Below the pieces are notes generated by a model. That model worked only from the letters and a program-made list of their open reading frames with translations. It was not told the origin of the DNA and did no database searches. Source: Candidatus Eiseniibacteriota bacterium (GTDB taxonomy: Bacteria; Eisenbacteria; RBG-16-71-46). From it: DNA of 64,000 bases. The stretch lies in assembly GCA_031370785.1 (NCBI GenBank), contig JANMQY010000023.1, positions 32,001 through 96,000 on the forward strand, in the 5' to 3' direction. How positions within the stretch are numbered: position 1 is the first letter of the stretch; each line of letters opens with the position of its first letter. This document shows positions 29,528 through 38,064 of the stretch, in pieces. Position numbers and translations under genes: made by a program.

Positions 29528-30409
29528 ATGAGTCCGAGCAAGAGCACAGCCGAAGTACTGGTCACGCCCGAATGGGCTGAACAGCATCTGGGCGATCCCG
29601 ACGTCCGCTTCATCGAAGTCGACGTCGACACGACCGCGTATGCGAAGGGCCATCTGCCCGGCGCGGTCTCGTTCAACTGGACCTCGCAGCTGCAGGACCC
29701 GCTTCGCCGCGACATTCTCGACAAGGCACAGTTCGAGGCGCTCGCCTCCGCCGCCGGGCTCGAGCCCGCAACCACGGTGGTCCTGTACGGCGACAACAAC
29801 AACTGGTTCGCGGCGTACGCATTCTGGCTGTTCAAGCTCTACGGTCACCGCGACGTGCGCATCATCGACGGCGGCCGCAAGAAGTGGGAGCTCGACAATC
29901 GCACGCTGACGCGCGACAAGCCGGCTCTCGAGCCGACCCAGTACAAGATCGGCTCGACCGACCCGTCGCTGCGCGCTCTGCGCGAGGAAGTGTTGAGCGG
30001 GCTCGAGAAGAAGGACCGCGTGCTGGTGGACGTGCGCTCGCCGCAGGAATTCAGCGGCGAGGTCATCGCGCCGCCCGGCATGACCGAGACCGCGCAGCGC
30101 GCCGGGCACATCCCCGGCGCGAAGAGCATCCCGTGGTCGCAGGCGGTGCGTGAGGACGGCACCTTCAAGCCGGCCGACGAACTGCGTGCGCTCTATGCGA
30201 AGAACGGCGTGACCGACGAGAAGGACGTGATCGCCTACTGCCGCATCGGCGAGAGGTCGTCACACACGTGGTTCGTGCTGCGCCACCTGCTCGGTTTCCC
30301 CAAGGTGCGCAACTACGACGGCTCCTGGACCGAGTGGGGCTCATCGATCGGGCTGCCGATCGAGAATCCGACGGCAAAGGTGCCGGATACGTCCGAGGTC
30401 TGCGCCTAG
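29528..30409 (+). CDS. Tandem-domain rhodanese / sulfurtransferase (CysA/SseA-like)
   Basis: GHLPGA, YGDNNNWFAA, CRIGERSS active-site loop, YDGSWTEW. Confidence 0.95.
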   Translation: MSPSKSTAEVLVTPEWAEQHLGDPDVRFIEVDVDTTAYAKGHLPGAVSFNWTSQLQDPLRRDILDKAQFEALASAAGLEPATTVVLYGDNNNWFAAYAFWLFKLYGHRDVRIIDGGRKKWELDNRTLTRDKPALEPTQYKIGSTDPSLRALREEVLSGLEKKDRVLVDVRSPQEFSGEVIAPPGMTETAQRAGHIPGAKSIPWSQAVREDGTFKPADELRALYAKNGVTDEKDVIAYCRIGERSSHTWFVLRHLLGFPKVRNYDGSWTEWGSSIGLPIENPTAKVPDTSEVCA

Positions 30410-30429
30410 GCTCGCCTGCCAAAGAACAG

Positions 30430-30457
30430 CGCCCGGCTCGAACGAGCCGGGCGTTTT
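30430..30457. terminator. Probable bidirectional intrinsic terminator
   Basis: CGCCCGGCTCG-AA-CGAGCCGGGCG then TTTT; A-rich on the other side; between convergent genes. Confidence 0.75.
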
Positions 30458-30477
30458 CGTTGCGGCAGAACTCGAGG

Positions 30478-30936
30478 TCAGGCGGCGCGGGTGCTGAGCA
30501 CCTTGAGCGCGAGCGATTCGGCATTCGAGCCGGACGCAACCTCTGCGGCCGCGGCGGTCTGCACGTAGATGCGCTCGTTGTTGCTGCCCGGGTCGGCCGG
30601 GAAGATGATGAAACCCTGACGATCGGGGGCGTAGGTCAGCGAGTAGCCGCAGATCAGCTCTCCATCGCGGAACCTTACCGCGAGCTTCTTACCCTGCTGG
30701 GTTTCCCCTGGAGCGGTGATGAAACCGCGCAGATCCTGTCGCTTGGAGTTGCCGGCGTAGTCCCTGACGAAGAAGAGTGCCTTGATCTCCTTGCAGCGCA
30801 CCTCGATCTCCGGACCATTCGGCTGATCGACCGCCTGAATGTGGAACAACGGACGCTGGGGGAAAAAGTCCCGCGTCGTTCCCTTGATGACCTTGCCGCT
30901 GATGAAGTGCGCAACGATTTTGTTATTGTCGGACAC
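30478..30936 (-). CDS. Hypothetical protein (DUF6982-like, tentative)
   Basis: GGGAGG RBS, GTG start; NKIVAHF..GKVIKG..DF.P, KALFFVRD, FRDGE..G, FPADPGSNNERIYV. Confidence 0.7.
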   Translation of the reverse strand: MSDNNKIVAHFISGKVIKGTTRDFFPQRPLFHIQAVDQPNGPEIEVRCKEIKALFFVRDYAGNSKRQDLRGFITAPGETQQGKKLAVRFRDGELICGYSLTYAPDRQGFIIFPADPGSNNERIYVQTAAAAEVASGSNAESLALKVLSTRAA

Positions 30937-31151
30937 CGAGTCCTCCCGATGCTTCGCGGCGGCGCTGAGTCGCGGTACGGAGCCACACGCACGGCGCGAC
31001 GCTTCGCGAGGGTTTTCGGCAGGTGGGAAGGCGGACTTGAGCGCTTCGAGGGCTTGTTTCCGCCCAATCCTGAGGCTAGTCTGCGTCCGCTTGGCCGAGG
31101 CGCGGAACCGCCGCGTCCTCATCGAGTGACTGCTGCCCCTGGGAGGGTGAG

Positions 31152-31559
31152 ATGCGGATATTTCCACGGACGCTGCGCTTCTGGACCGCCTTGATCGTGC
31201 TCGCGTGGTGGTGCGCCCTGCAGACCACACCGGCTGTGGCCGGGCTCGTCCACTCGAGGACGTCGGCCGCCACCACCTCGATCGCCTCCTCGCGCGACGC
31301 CGATCTCATCGTCGTGCAGCGTGCGCTCGAGAACCGGGTGGTCGCCCAGAAGCTGCGCGACTACGGAGTCTCGCAGGGGGACGTACAGCTCAAGCTGGCG
31401 AGCGCTTCCGATCACGACCTGCATACGCTGGCCACCGCGTCCCGCGGATTGCCGAGTGGCGGCGATGATGCCGTCGGACTTCTGATCGGCGTGCTGCTCA
31501 TCGTGATTCTCGTGATCGTGATCCTCAAGCTCATGAACAAGGAGATCGTGGTTCGCTGA
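31152..31559 (+). CDS. PA2779 family protein
   Basis: Signal peptide; VAQKLRDYGVS..V..KLAS.SD.DL..LA, PSGG, C-terminal hydrophobic helix. Confidence 0.8.
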   Translation: MRIFPRTLRFWTALIVLAWWCALQTTPAVAGLVHSRTSAATTSIASSRDADLIVVQRALENRVVAQKLRDYGVSQGDVQLKLASASDHDLHTLATASRGLPSGGDDAVGLLIGVLLIVILVIVILKLMNKEIVVR

Positions 31560-32074
31560 TGCCCGCTTTCATGGCGACGCTGACTCTGATTGCATTGCTG
31601 GCTTCGGCGCCGCCCAGGCTGGAGACCGGTGTCACGCTCGCGGTACCGGTCATCAAGCAGGCGCGCGAGCGTTGCGGTCCGACCGCGCTCGAGATGGTCT
31701 TTCGTTTCTATGGAGCAGACTCGAGCGCGGCGATCGCATCTTCGGCGTACGACCCGGTGCTGCGGGGTTCCCTCATCACCGATCTCGCCGCCGCCGCGCG
31801 GCGCGCCGGATTCCAGGCGACGGTGGACGCTCTCGACGACACGGCGCTGGTGGCGCTGCTGCGCGAGGGCGTCCCGCCGATCGTGCTCTACCAGAACGGC
31901 ACGGGCCCGGTCACACTTCCTCACTTCGCCGTGGTGGCGGGCTGGGATCCCAAGTCCCGCGCCTTCCTGCTCAACGACGGCACCACGCGCCAGCGCACCA
32001 TGAGCAGGAAGAAGCTGGTCGCACGCTGGACCACCGCCGGACGTCAGGCGCTGATCGTGAGGCGGGCGCCGTGA
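31559..32074 (+). CDS. C39-like cysteine peptidase (PA2778-like N-part)
   Basis: Q....CGPTALEM, HFAVVAGWD, NDG. Confidence 0.82.
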   Translation: MPAFMATLTLIALLASAPPRLETGVTLAVPVIKQARERCGPTALEMVFRFYGADSSAAIASSAYDPVLRGSLITDLAAAARRAGFQATVDALDDTALVALLREGVPPIVLYQNGTGPVTLPHFAVVAGWDPKSRAFLLNDGTTRQRTMSRKKLVARWTTAGRQALIVRRAP

Positions 32075-32535
32075 GCGTCGCGCGCCGGCGTGCAGGTCGT
32101 GGACTCGTGCTCGTGTTGGTCGCGTCGGTTCTTGCCGCGGGCGGCTGCTCGCATCTCGTGATGCTCCACGATCCGCTGAGCGCTTCCGAGCACAACGACC
32201 TGGGCGTCGCCTACGAACGCTCGGGCGAGGCGAAGCTCGCGGCGAACGAGTATCGGAAGGCGCTGAGCGTCAATCCGCACCTGGTCCGGCCGCGCGTCAA
32301 TCTCGGCAATCTGTCCGCCGGCGCAGGCAAGTGGGAGGAGGCGGCGCGCCAGTACCGGCGCGCGCTGCGCGATTCGAGTGACGCCGACGCCATGAACAAT
32401 CTCGCGGTCGCGTTGCTCCGGCTCAGGCATCCCGGGGAAGCGCGCACCTGGGCGGAGAAGGCGGTCGCCCTGGGCGGGCCCAGCGATTCGGTGTACCGGG
32501 CGACGCTCGACGAGGTGCGGGCGGCCGGCAAGTAG
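32071..32535 (+). CDS. TPR lipoprotein
   Basis: Lipobox-like AGGC; HNDLGVAY, NLGN, MNNLA TPR motifs; GTGA overlap. Confidence 0.8.
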   Translation: MSVARRRAGRGLVLVLVASVLAAGGCSHLVMLHDPLSASEHNDLGVAYERSGEAKLAANEYRKALSVNPHLVRPRVNLGNLSAGAGKWEEAARQYRRALRDSSDADAMNNLAVALLRLRHPGEARTWAEKAVALGGPSDSVYRATLDEVRAAGK

Positions 32536-32681
32536 GGGCCGGCGCCTCACCGCCCCGCCCGGACGTGCGCGGGCCGCGCTCGCCGGGTTCCGTCTTGAAG
32601 CGACCCGCGGGATATGCCACCGTTCGCCGCTCGTTTTCCCCCGCGCCGATCCCGGCGCAATGCTCGAAAGGAGTGCCAGTC

Positions 32682-33161
32682 ATGCTGAAACTCGATTCGA
32701 ATCGCTGGCTTGCCGCGGTCGCTCTGGTGGCGATCGTCGGTTGCCAGCAGGCGAACAAGAGCGGCTCAACGACCACCACGACCACAACGACCACCACCAC
32801 CGACACCAACGCTACAGCCGCGGAGGTCACCTTGGCTGACGGACTCAAGATCATCGACCTCAAGGTCGGCGACGGCGCAGAGGCGACCGAAGGCTCAACC
32901 GTGTCGGTGCATTACACGGGCTGGCTCACTGACGGCTCCAAGTTCGACAGCTCGGTCGACCGCGGTCAGCCGTTCTCGTTCCGCCTCGGCGCCCAGCAGG
33001 TGATCCGCGGATGGGATGAAGGCGTCAAGGGCATGAAGGTCGGCGGCAAGCGCAAGCTGACCATTCCGTCGGCGCTTGCTTACGGAGATGCGGGCCGCCC
33101 GCCGGTGATCCCTGAGAAGGCCACGCTGGTGTTCGACGTCGAGCTGCTCAGCGTCAACTAG
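32682..33161 (+). CDS. FKBP-type peptidyl-prolyl isomerase lipoprotein with poly-Thr linker
   Basis: IVGC lipobox; VHYTGWL..FDSS, VIRGWDEG, LAYG, LVFDVEL. Confidence 0.95.
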   Translation: MLKLDSNRWLAAVALVAIVGCQQANKSGSTTTTTTTTTTTDTNATAAEVTLADGLKIIDLKVGDGAEATEGSTVSVHYTGWLTDGSKFDSSVDRGQPFSFRLGAQQVIRGWDEGVKGMKVGGKRKLTIPSALAYGDAGRPPVIPEKATLVFDVELLSVN

Positions 33162-33267
33162 GGAGCTCAGTGCGCGGGGCGGGCCGCGGCACGCCCGCCC
33201 CGCGTTTCGTTCATGAAGAGGTCTCGCGTCCCGCCGCTTCGAGGGACGCGAACGGGAGGGTTGCGGA

Positions 33268-35943
33268 ATGTCGCGGTCGCGGGTCGCGGGGCTTGTGCTC
33301 GGTACGGTGCTACTCGCTTCGGTGGCGTCGGGGAAGGACGCACCGCGCCCTGCCTCAGGACCGCTCGAGCCCAAGCTCTTCAAGGAGCTGTCGTGGCGCT
33401 CGGTGGGCCCGGCCAACATGGGCGGACGCATCGCCGCGATCGCGACGGTCGAGAACAAGCCGACCACCATCTACCTCGGGTTCGGCACCGGCGGCGTGTT
33501 CAAGAGCGTGAACAACGGCACGACCTGGAGCGGCGTGTTCGACAAGCAGCCGGTGGCCTCGATCGGCGCGATCGGGATCTGGCAGAAGAATCCCGACGTG
33601 GTGTGGGTCGGGACCGGGGAAGCCAACAGCCGCAATTCGTCATCGTGGGGCAATGGGGTGTACCGCTCGGCCGACGGCGGCGGCACGTGGAAGCACGTCG
33701 GGCTCGAAGCCACTTCGACCATCTCGCGGCTGCTGACCCATCCGTCCGACAGCAACACCGTTTACGTCGCGGCGCTCGGCCGGCTGTGGGGCGAAAACCC
33801 GGAACGCGGCGTGTTCAAGACCACCGACGGCGGCAAGAGCTGGTCGCAGGTTCTGAAGGCCGACGCCAAGACCGGCGCGGTGGACCTGGTGATGGACCCG
33901 TCGGACCCCAATACGCTCTACGCGGCGCTCTATGCGCGCCGCCGCACGCCGTGGTCGTACACCGCCGGCGGCACGTCCGGCGGCCTCTTCCGCACGCGCG
34001 ATGGCGGGAAGTCGTGGACCCGGCTCACGAACGGCCTGCCCGCCGAGACCGGACGGATCGGGCTCGACATCTGGCGCAAGAATCCGAAGGTGGTGTTCGC
34101 GGTCGTCGAATCCGACGCCGGCGGGCATCTCGACGAGTTCGAGAACAAGAGCCGCTCGGGTGGAGTGTTCCGCACCGACGACGGCGGCGACCACTGGACT
34201 CGCCTCAGCCCCTACACGCCGCGCGCGTTCTACTTCAGCCAGATTCGCGTGCAGCCCGATGACGACCAGCGCGTGTACCTGCTCGGCACCGACCTGTGGA
34301 TCTCGGAAAACGGCGGCAAGGCGTTCCGCGCGGCGGGGGCGAAGGACCTGCACCCGGACTGCCACGCGATGTGGATCGATCCCAGCCATCCCGAGCACGT
34401 GATGATGGGCACCGACGGCGGCTTCTACATGTCGTGGGATCGGGCCGCGACCTGGGACTACGTGAACAACATGGCGGTGGGCGAGTTCTACAACATCGCC
34501 CTCGACAATCGCGATCCGTACCGCATCTATGGCGGACTTCAGGACAATCAGACCTGGGCCGGTCCGAGCCGCACCTGGAGCGAGCCCGAGCCGTTCCTCG
34601 GCGAGCCGCAGCACAACGGCATCTTGAACGACAACTGGATCTGCCTCGGCGGCGGTGACGGATTCCACGTCGCGGTCGATCCGATCGACCCCGACATCGT
34701 GTACTACGAATCGCAGCAGGGCTATCTCGTGCGCCTGAACCTCGCGACCCACAAGGAACGCAACCTGCGCCCCTCGAACAAGGAGGGCGAGGCGCGCTTC
34801 CGCTTCAACTGGAACACGCCGTTCCTGATCTCGCCGCACGATCCGACCGTGCTATGGATGGGCGGCAATCGCGTGTTCCGGCAGCTCGACCGCGGCGACC
34901 GCTGGGAACTCGCCAGCCCCGACCTGAGCACCGCCGACCCGAAGAAGATGGTGACCGGCGGCTCGGGCGCGGAATCGCACTGCACCATAGTCTCGCTCGC
35001 CGAATCGCCGAGGCAGGCGGGGGTGGTGTGGGCCGGCACCGATGACGGCAAGCTGTGGGTGACGCCCGATGGCGGCAGGAACTGGAACGACCTGACCGCG
35101 AACCTGCGCGGCGTGCCGGCCGGCCTCTACGTGAGCCGCATCGAGGCTTCGCATCACGACGCGAGAACCGCGTACGTTTCGATCGACGGCCATCGCTCGG
35201 ACGTCTTCGCCCCGTTCGTGCTGGTCACGCACGATCTGGGGAAGAGCTGGACCTCGATCGCGTCCAATCTGCCGAAGAAGGAACCGGTGATCGTGGTGCG
35301 CGAGGATCTCGAGAATCCGAAGCTGCTGTTCGCCGGCACCGAGTTCGGCCTCTACGCCTCGCTCGATGGCGGCGGCCAGTGGATGAAGCTGACCGAGGGG
35401 CTGCCCACGGTCGCGGTCGACGACATCGCGATCCACCCGCGCGAGCGCGATCTGGTGGCGGGCACGCACGGGCGCAGCGTCTATGTAATGGACGACATCA
35501 CCCCGCTCGAGCGCTGGACCGCGACCACCGCCGGCGATTCGATCGCATTCTTCGCGCCGCGCGCCGCGACCGCGTTCTACATGCACATGCTCGGCGGTAT
35601 CTACGGGCAGCGCATGTTCAGTGCAAAGAACCCGGCATTTGGGGCGTACTTCAACTACTGGTGCGGGAAAGATCTCGATGACGGCATCTCGATCACGGTC
35701 GCCGACAGCGCGGGGAAGACCGTGCGCAAGCTGAAGGGCCCGGCAACCAGGGGTCTGCACCGCGTGACGTGGGATCTGATCGCCGGCGAACCCAACGAGC
35801 GCATCGATCGTCCCGAATGGAACGGGCAGCCGCAGTACGTGCCGGCTGGGACCTACACCGTCAAACTGAGCGCGGGAGTGGCCGAGATCAAGCACACGCT
35901 CGAGGTGCGCGTGCCCGAAGGGGTGGCGGACACGACACCGTAG
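33268..35943 (+). CDS. Secreted VPS10/sortilin-like BNR-repeat beta-propeller protein
   Basis: WRSVGPANMGGRI; multiple S/T.DGG..W Asp-boxes; GTHGRS. Confidence 0.9.
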   Translation: MSRSRVAGLVLGTVLLASVASGKDAPRPASGPLEPKLFKELSWRSVGPANMGGRIAAIATVENKPTTIYLGFGTGGVFKSVNNGTTWSGVFDKQPVASIGAIGIWQKNPDVVWVGTGEANSRNSSSWGNGVYRSADGGGTWKHVGLEATSTISRLLTHPSDSNTVYVAALGRLWGENPERGVFKTTDGGKSWSQVLKADAKTGAVDLVMDPSDPNTLYAALYARRRTPWSYTAGGTSGGLFRTRDGGKSWTRLTNGLPAETGRIGLDIWRKNPKVVFAVVESDAGGHLDEFENKSRSGGVFRTDDGGDHWTRLSPYTPRAFYFSQIRVQPDDDQRVYLLGTDLWISENGGKAFRAAGAKDLHPDCHAMWIDPSHPEHVMMGTDGGFYMSWDRAATWDYVNNMAVGEFYNIALDNRDPYRIYGGLQDNQTWAGPSRTWSEPEPFLGEPQHNGILNDNWICLGGGDGFHVAVDPIDPDIVYYESQQGYLVRLNLATHKERNLRPSNKEGEARFRFNWNTPFLISPHDPTVLWMGGNRVFRQLDRGDRWELASPDLSTADPKKMVTGGSGAESHCTIVSLAESPRQAGVVWAGTDDGKLWVTPDGGRNWNDLTANLRGVPAGLYVSRIEASHHDARTAYVSIDGHRSDVFAPFVLVTHDLGKSWTSIASNLPKKEPVIVVREDLENPKLLFAGTEFGLYASLDGGGQWMKLTEGLPTVAVDDIAIHPRERDLVAGTHGRSVYVMDDITPLERWTATTAGDSIAFFAPRAATAFYMHMLGGIYGQRMFSAKNPAFGAYFNYWCGKDLDDGISITVADSAGKTVRKLKGPATRGLHRVTWDLIAGEPNERIDRPEWNGQPQYVPAGTYTVKLSAGVAEIKHTLEVRVPEGVADTTP

Positions 35944-36216
35944 AGGGCGTCGGGGATGACAGCGCGATGGCTGCAAACCCTACAAAACTCTTCTTGACCC
36001 CCTACGCCGGGCGCGCGAATAATTCCGCCCGTCGGAACCCCGCCTAAGCGGACTCCAGAGAGCCGTTTCCGCCGCGGATCAGTTTCCTCCGCGGCGGTTC
36101 GCCTTTTGGATCGTTGAGGATCGAAGTTCCGGCCGCGTTCCTCGCGGTCAGGGCCCCTCGGCCCGGCCCGGTTCTCTCTGAAGGGATCCTCGGATCCCTG
36201 AATCAAGGAGTTGGCA

Positions 36217-36420
36217 GTGGCTCTCGGTACGGTGAAGTGGTTCAACGAAGCAAAGGGTTTCGGATTCATCTCGCAGGAAGGCGGCGAGGATGTGTTCGTG
36301 CACTTCTCGGCCATCCAGGGAGAGGGTTTCAAGTCCCTGGCCGAAGGCGAGAAGGTGGAGTTCGACATCACGCGGGGCCCGAAGGGCCTGCAGGCGGCGA
36401 ACGTCCGCAAGACGGCCTAG
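36217..36420 (+). CDS. cspA: Cold-shock protein
   Basis: [44 protein letters not shown] start. Confidence 0.96.
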   Translation: MALGTVKWFNEAKGFGFISQEGGEDVFVHFSAIQGEGFKSLAEGEKVEFDITRGPKGLQAANVRKTA

Positions 36421-36436
36421 GCTCTGAGAAACATGG

Positions 36437-36479
36437 CGGGCGGCGGGTTCCTCACGGGACCGGCCGCCCGTTTGTTCTT
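36437..36479 (+). terminator. Intrinsic terminator after csp
   Basis: CGGGCGGC..CCTCACGG..GCCGCCCG then TTTGTTCTT. Confidence 0.75.
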
Positions 36480-36511
36480 CCGGCGTCGAAGGGTACCTGT
36501 GCTACTGCCGA

Positions 36512-37168
36512 TCACGTGAAATGTTCGCGGAGCAGACTCTCCACAAATCCAAGGCAACTCTCGACGGCCGGCCTCGTGATGTCGTTCCAGTCTGCGTGAA
36601 GGGCGTCGTTGCGGAATTTGAGGAAGCTGTTGGCTATGGTGAACGTCGCACCTTGAAGAATCCCGGAGGACTTGAGTGCTATGAGGACGTGTTGGAGCTT
36701 TTCACGCGTGTGAATGCCAGCGCGTGTGGCCGCCAGTCGACGGACCGTGTCCTCGAATAGAGCGGCAACAAGCACAGCGGCGATGTTCTTTCCGTTCTCG
36801 TTGTTCTGGGCGAGCGACTCCTTTGCGAGTACACCGAAGTCAGCCAATGCCTCGCCAGCTCCCCTTCGCTCGACGGACCCCAGTAGCCCTGCGACCACTT
36901 CTGCCTTGAGCGACCTCAACGTGCCCAGAATCACCGGCTGCAAGAGGTATTGGAGACTTGAACCGTCGCGGTGTTCGAGCGAATCGAATGCGCGAACCAA
37001 CACGGTTTCTTGGGGGGTCTGGCCTCCATGTGCGAGCCGCAATAGCTGAAGCGCGCCCTGATACATCTCCCCGATGTCGCCGCCTGCCGAGTGGGCCCCG
37101 CTGCGGGCTTCATGGACTTCGAGTTTGAGGAGTCTGTCGATCCGATTCAATATGGCATCAGCATCCAT
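36512..37168 (-). CDS. HEPN/DUF4145-like protein in lower-GC insert
   Basis: AAVLVAALFEDTVRRLA and RNDALH (R-x4-H); GGAG RBS. Confidence 0.65.
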   Translation of the reverse strand: MDADAILNRIDRLLKLEVHEARSGAHSAGGDIGEMYQGALQLLRLAHGGQTPQETVLVRAFDSLEHRDGSSLQYLLQPVILGTLRSLKAEVVAGLLGSVERRGAGEALADFGVLAKESLAQNNENGKNIAAVLVAALFEDTVRRLAATRAGIHTREKLQHVLIALKSSGILQGATFTIANSFLKFRNDALHADWNDITRPAVESCLGFVESLLREHFT

Positions 37169-37239
37169 GGTGTTCTCCAATGCAAGACTTCCTCTGAACG
37201 GCTCGATCGCGCTCTCGCTGCGCCCGTGTTTGCTCGCAT

Positions 37240-37998
37240 TCAGCGATCCTGATTCACATCCCAGAGGCCGAGAGTCCCACGCGCTGTGTCCAGGCAGGGC
37301 AAAATCATCCGAGGGATATCCATCCTCAACTCGTTCGCCTGTCGTTTTCGTTCTGAGTCGACCGGCAGCTCAGCATGTTTCCTCAGGAAGACACTGTCGG
37401 ACTCTGACAATTTCCGAATCGATCCGAGGATCCAAAGAGTTTTTCCGGACGGAAAGGAATGCATGCCGAGGCTTGTCGTGCCCGGAGCGTCTTTGCCTGG
37501 CCACTCGGCAGTTGGTAATGGCGTCGACGTCAAGACAACTGAGACAACGACCATCGATCCGATCGGCCCAGGGTCGATCCAGAGTACGTCGCTCACACGG
37601 ATTCGAGCAGTCGACATCTTCGTCAGACTATCCGCGGGTACTGCAACTTGAATTGGCGCATACAACCCCGGCGACGCTTCAACTAGGCTCCACGCTCGAT
37701 GGAACCTTCCACCCAGTTCCCGCCTCCCTGTCGCTAGATGCGGAGGCAATGACTGAAGCGCAATATTCCCACTCCAGGTTGCACTTGCGTCGTCGTGCTC
37801 AGCAGCAGAACCAAACGCGGCGTGGCACTTACCCGATTCGTGCAGGCTGAACTTGAAGCTCGAGGCGGAATCCGGCGTGGAAACATAGACATCTTCATGG
37901 CGTGAAGTGGCGAAGACGCGCCAAACGATTGATCGTGCGGCTGGCCGTCCGACGCAGAATGACAGATCAAACTGCAGCTTTCTCATTTTTGGCGTCAA
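37240..37998 (-). CDS. Hypothetical protein in lower-GC insert
   Basis: Long ORF with atypical codon usage; RS.VWRV..DVY..KFSLHESGKCHAAF; start uncertain. Confidence 0.6.
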   Translation of the reverse strand: MTPKMRKLQFDLSFCVGRPAARSIVWRVFATSRHEDVYVSTPDSASSFKFSLHESGKCHAAFGSAAEHDDASATWSGNIALQSLPPHLATGRRELGGRFHRAWSLVEASPGLYAPIQVAVPADSLTKMSTARIRVSDVLWIDPGPIGSMVVVSVVLTSTPLPTAEWPGKDAPGTTSLGMHSFPSGKTLWILGSIRKLSESDSVFLRKHAELPVDSERKRQANELRMDIPRMILPCLDTARGTLGLWDVNQDR

Positions 37999-38064
37999 TC
38001 CACGGCCTTTCGGTTCCGCTGCGTTGATCGGCTGGTACGCTGGCTCATCTCCCTGTCGCTCCCC

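Noticed and set aside
32768..32806. ACC/ACG trinucleotide run as a phase-variation tract
   Set aside because: In-frame mixed Thr codons forming a lipoprotein linker.
37192..37244. Degenerate attC-like site (GCTGAAT...GTTCAGA on minus strand) between the two low-GC genes
   Set aside because: Too short, core boxes deviate from RYYYAAC/GTTRRRY, internal pairing is poor, and there is no integrase or second site.
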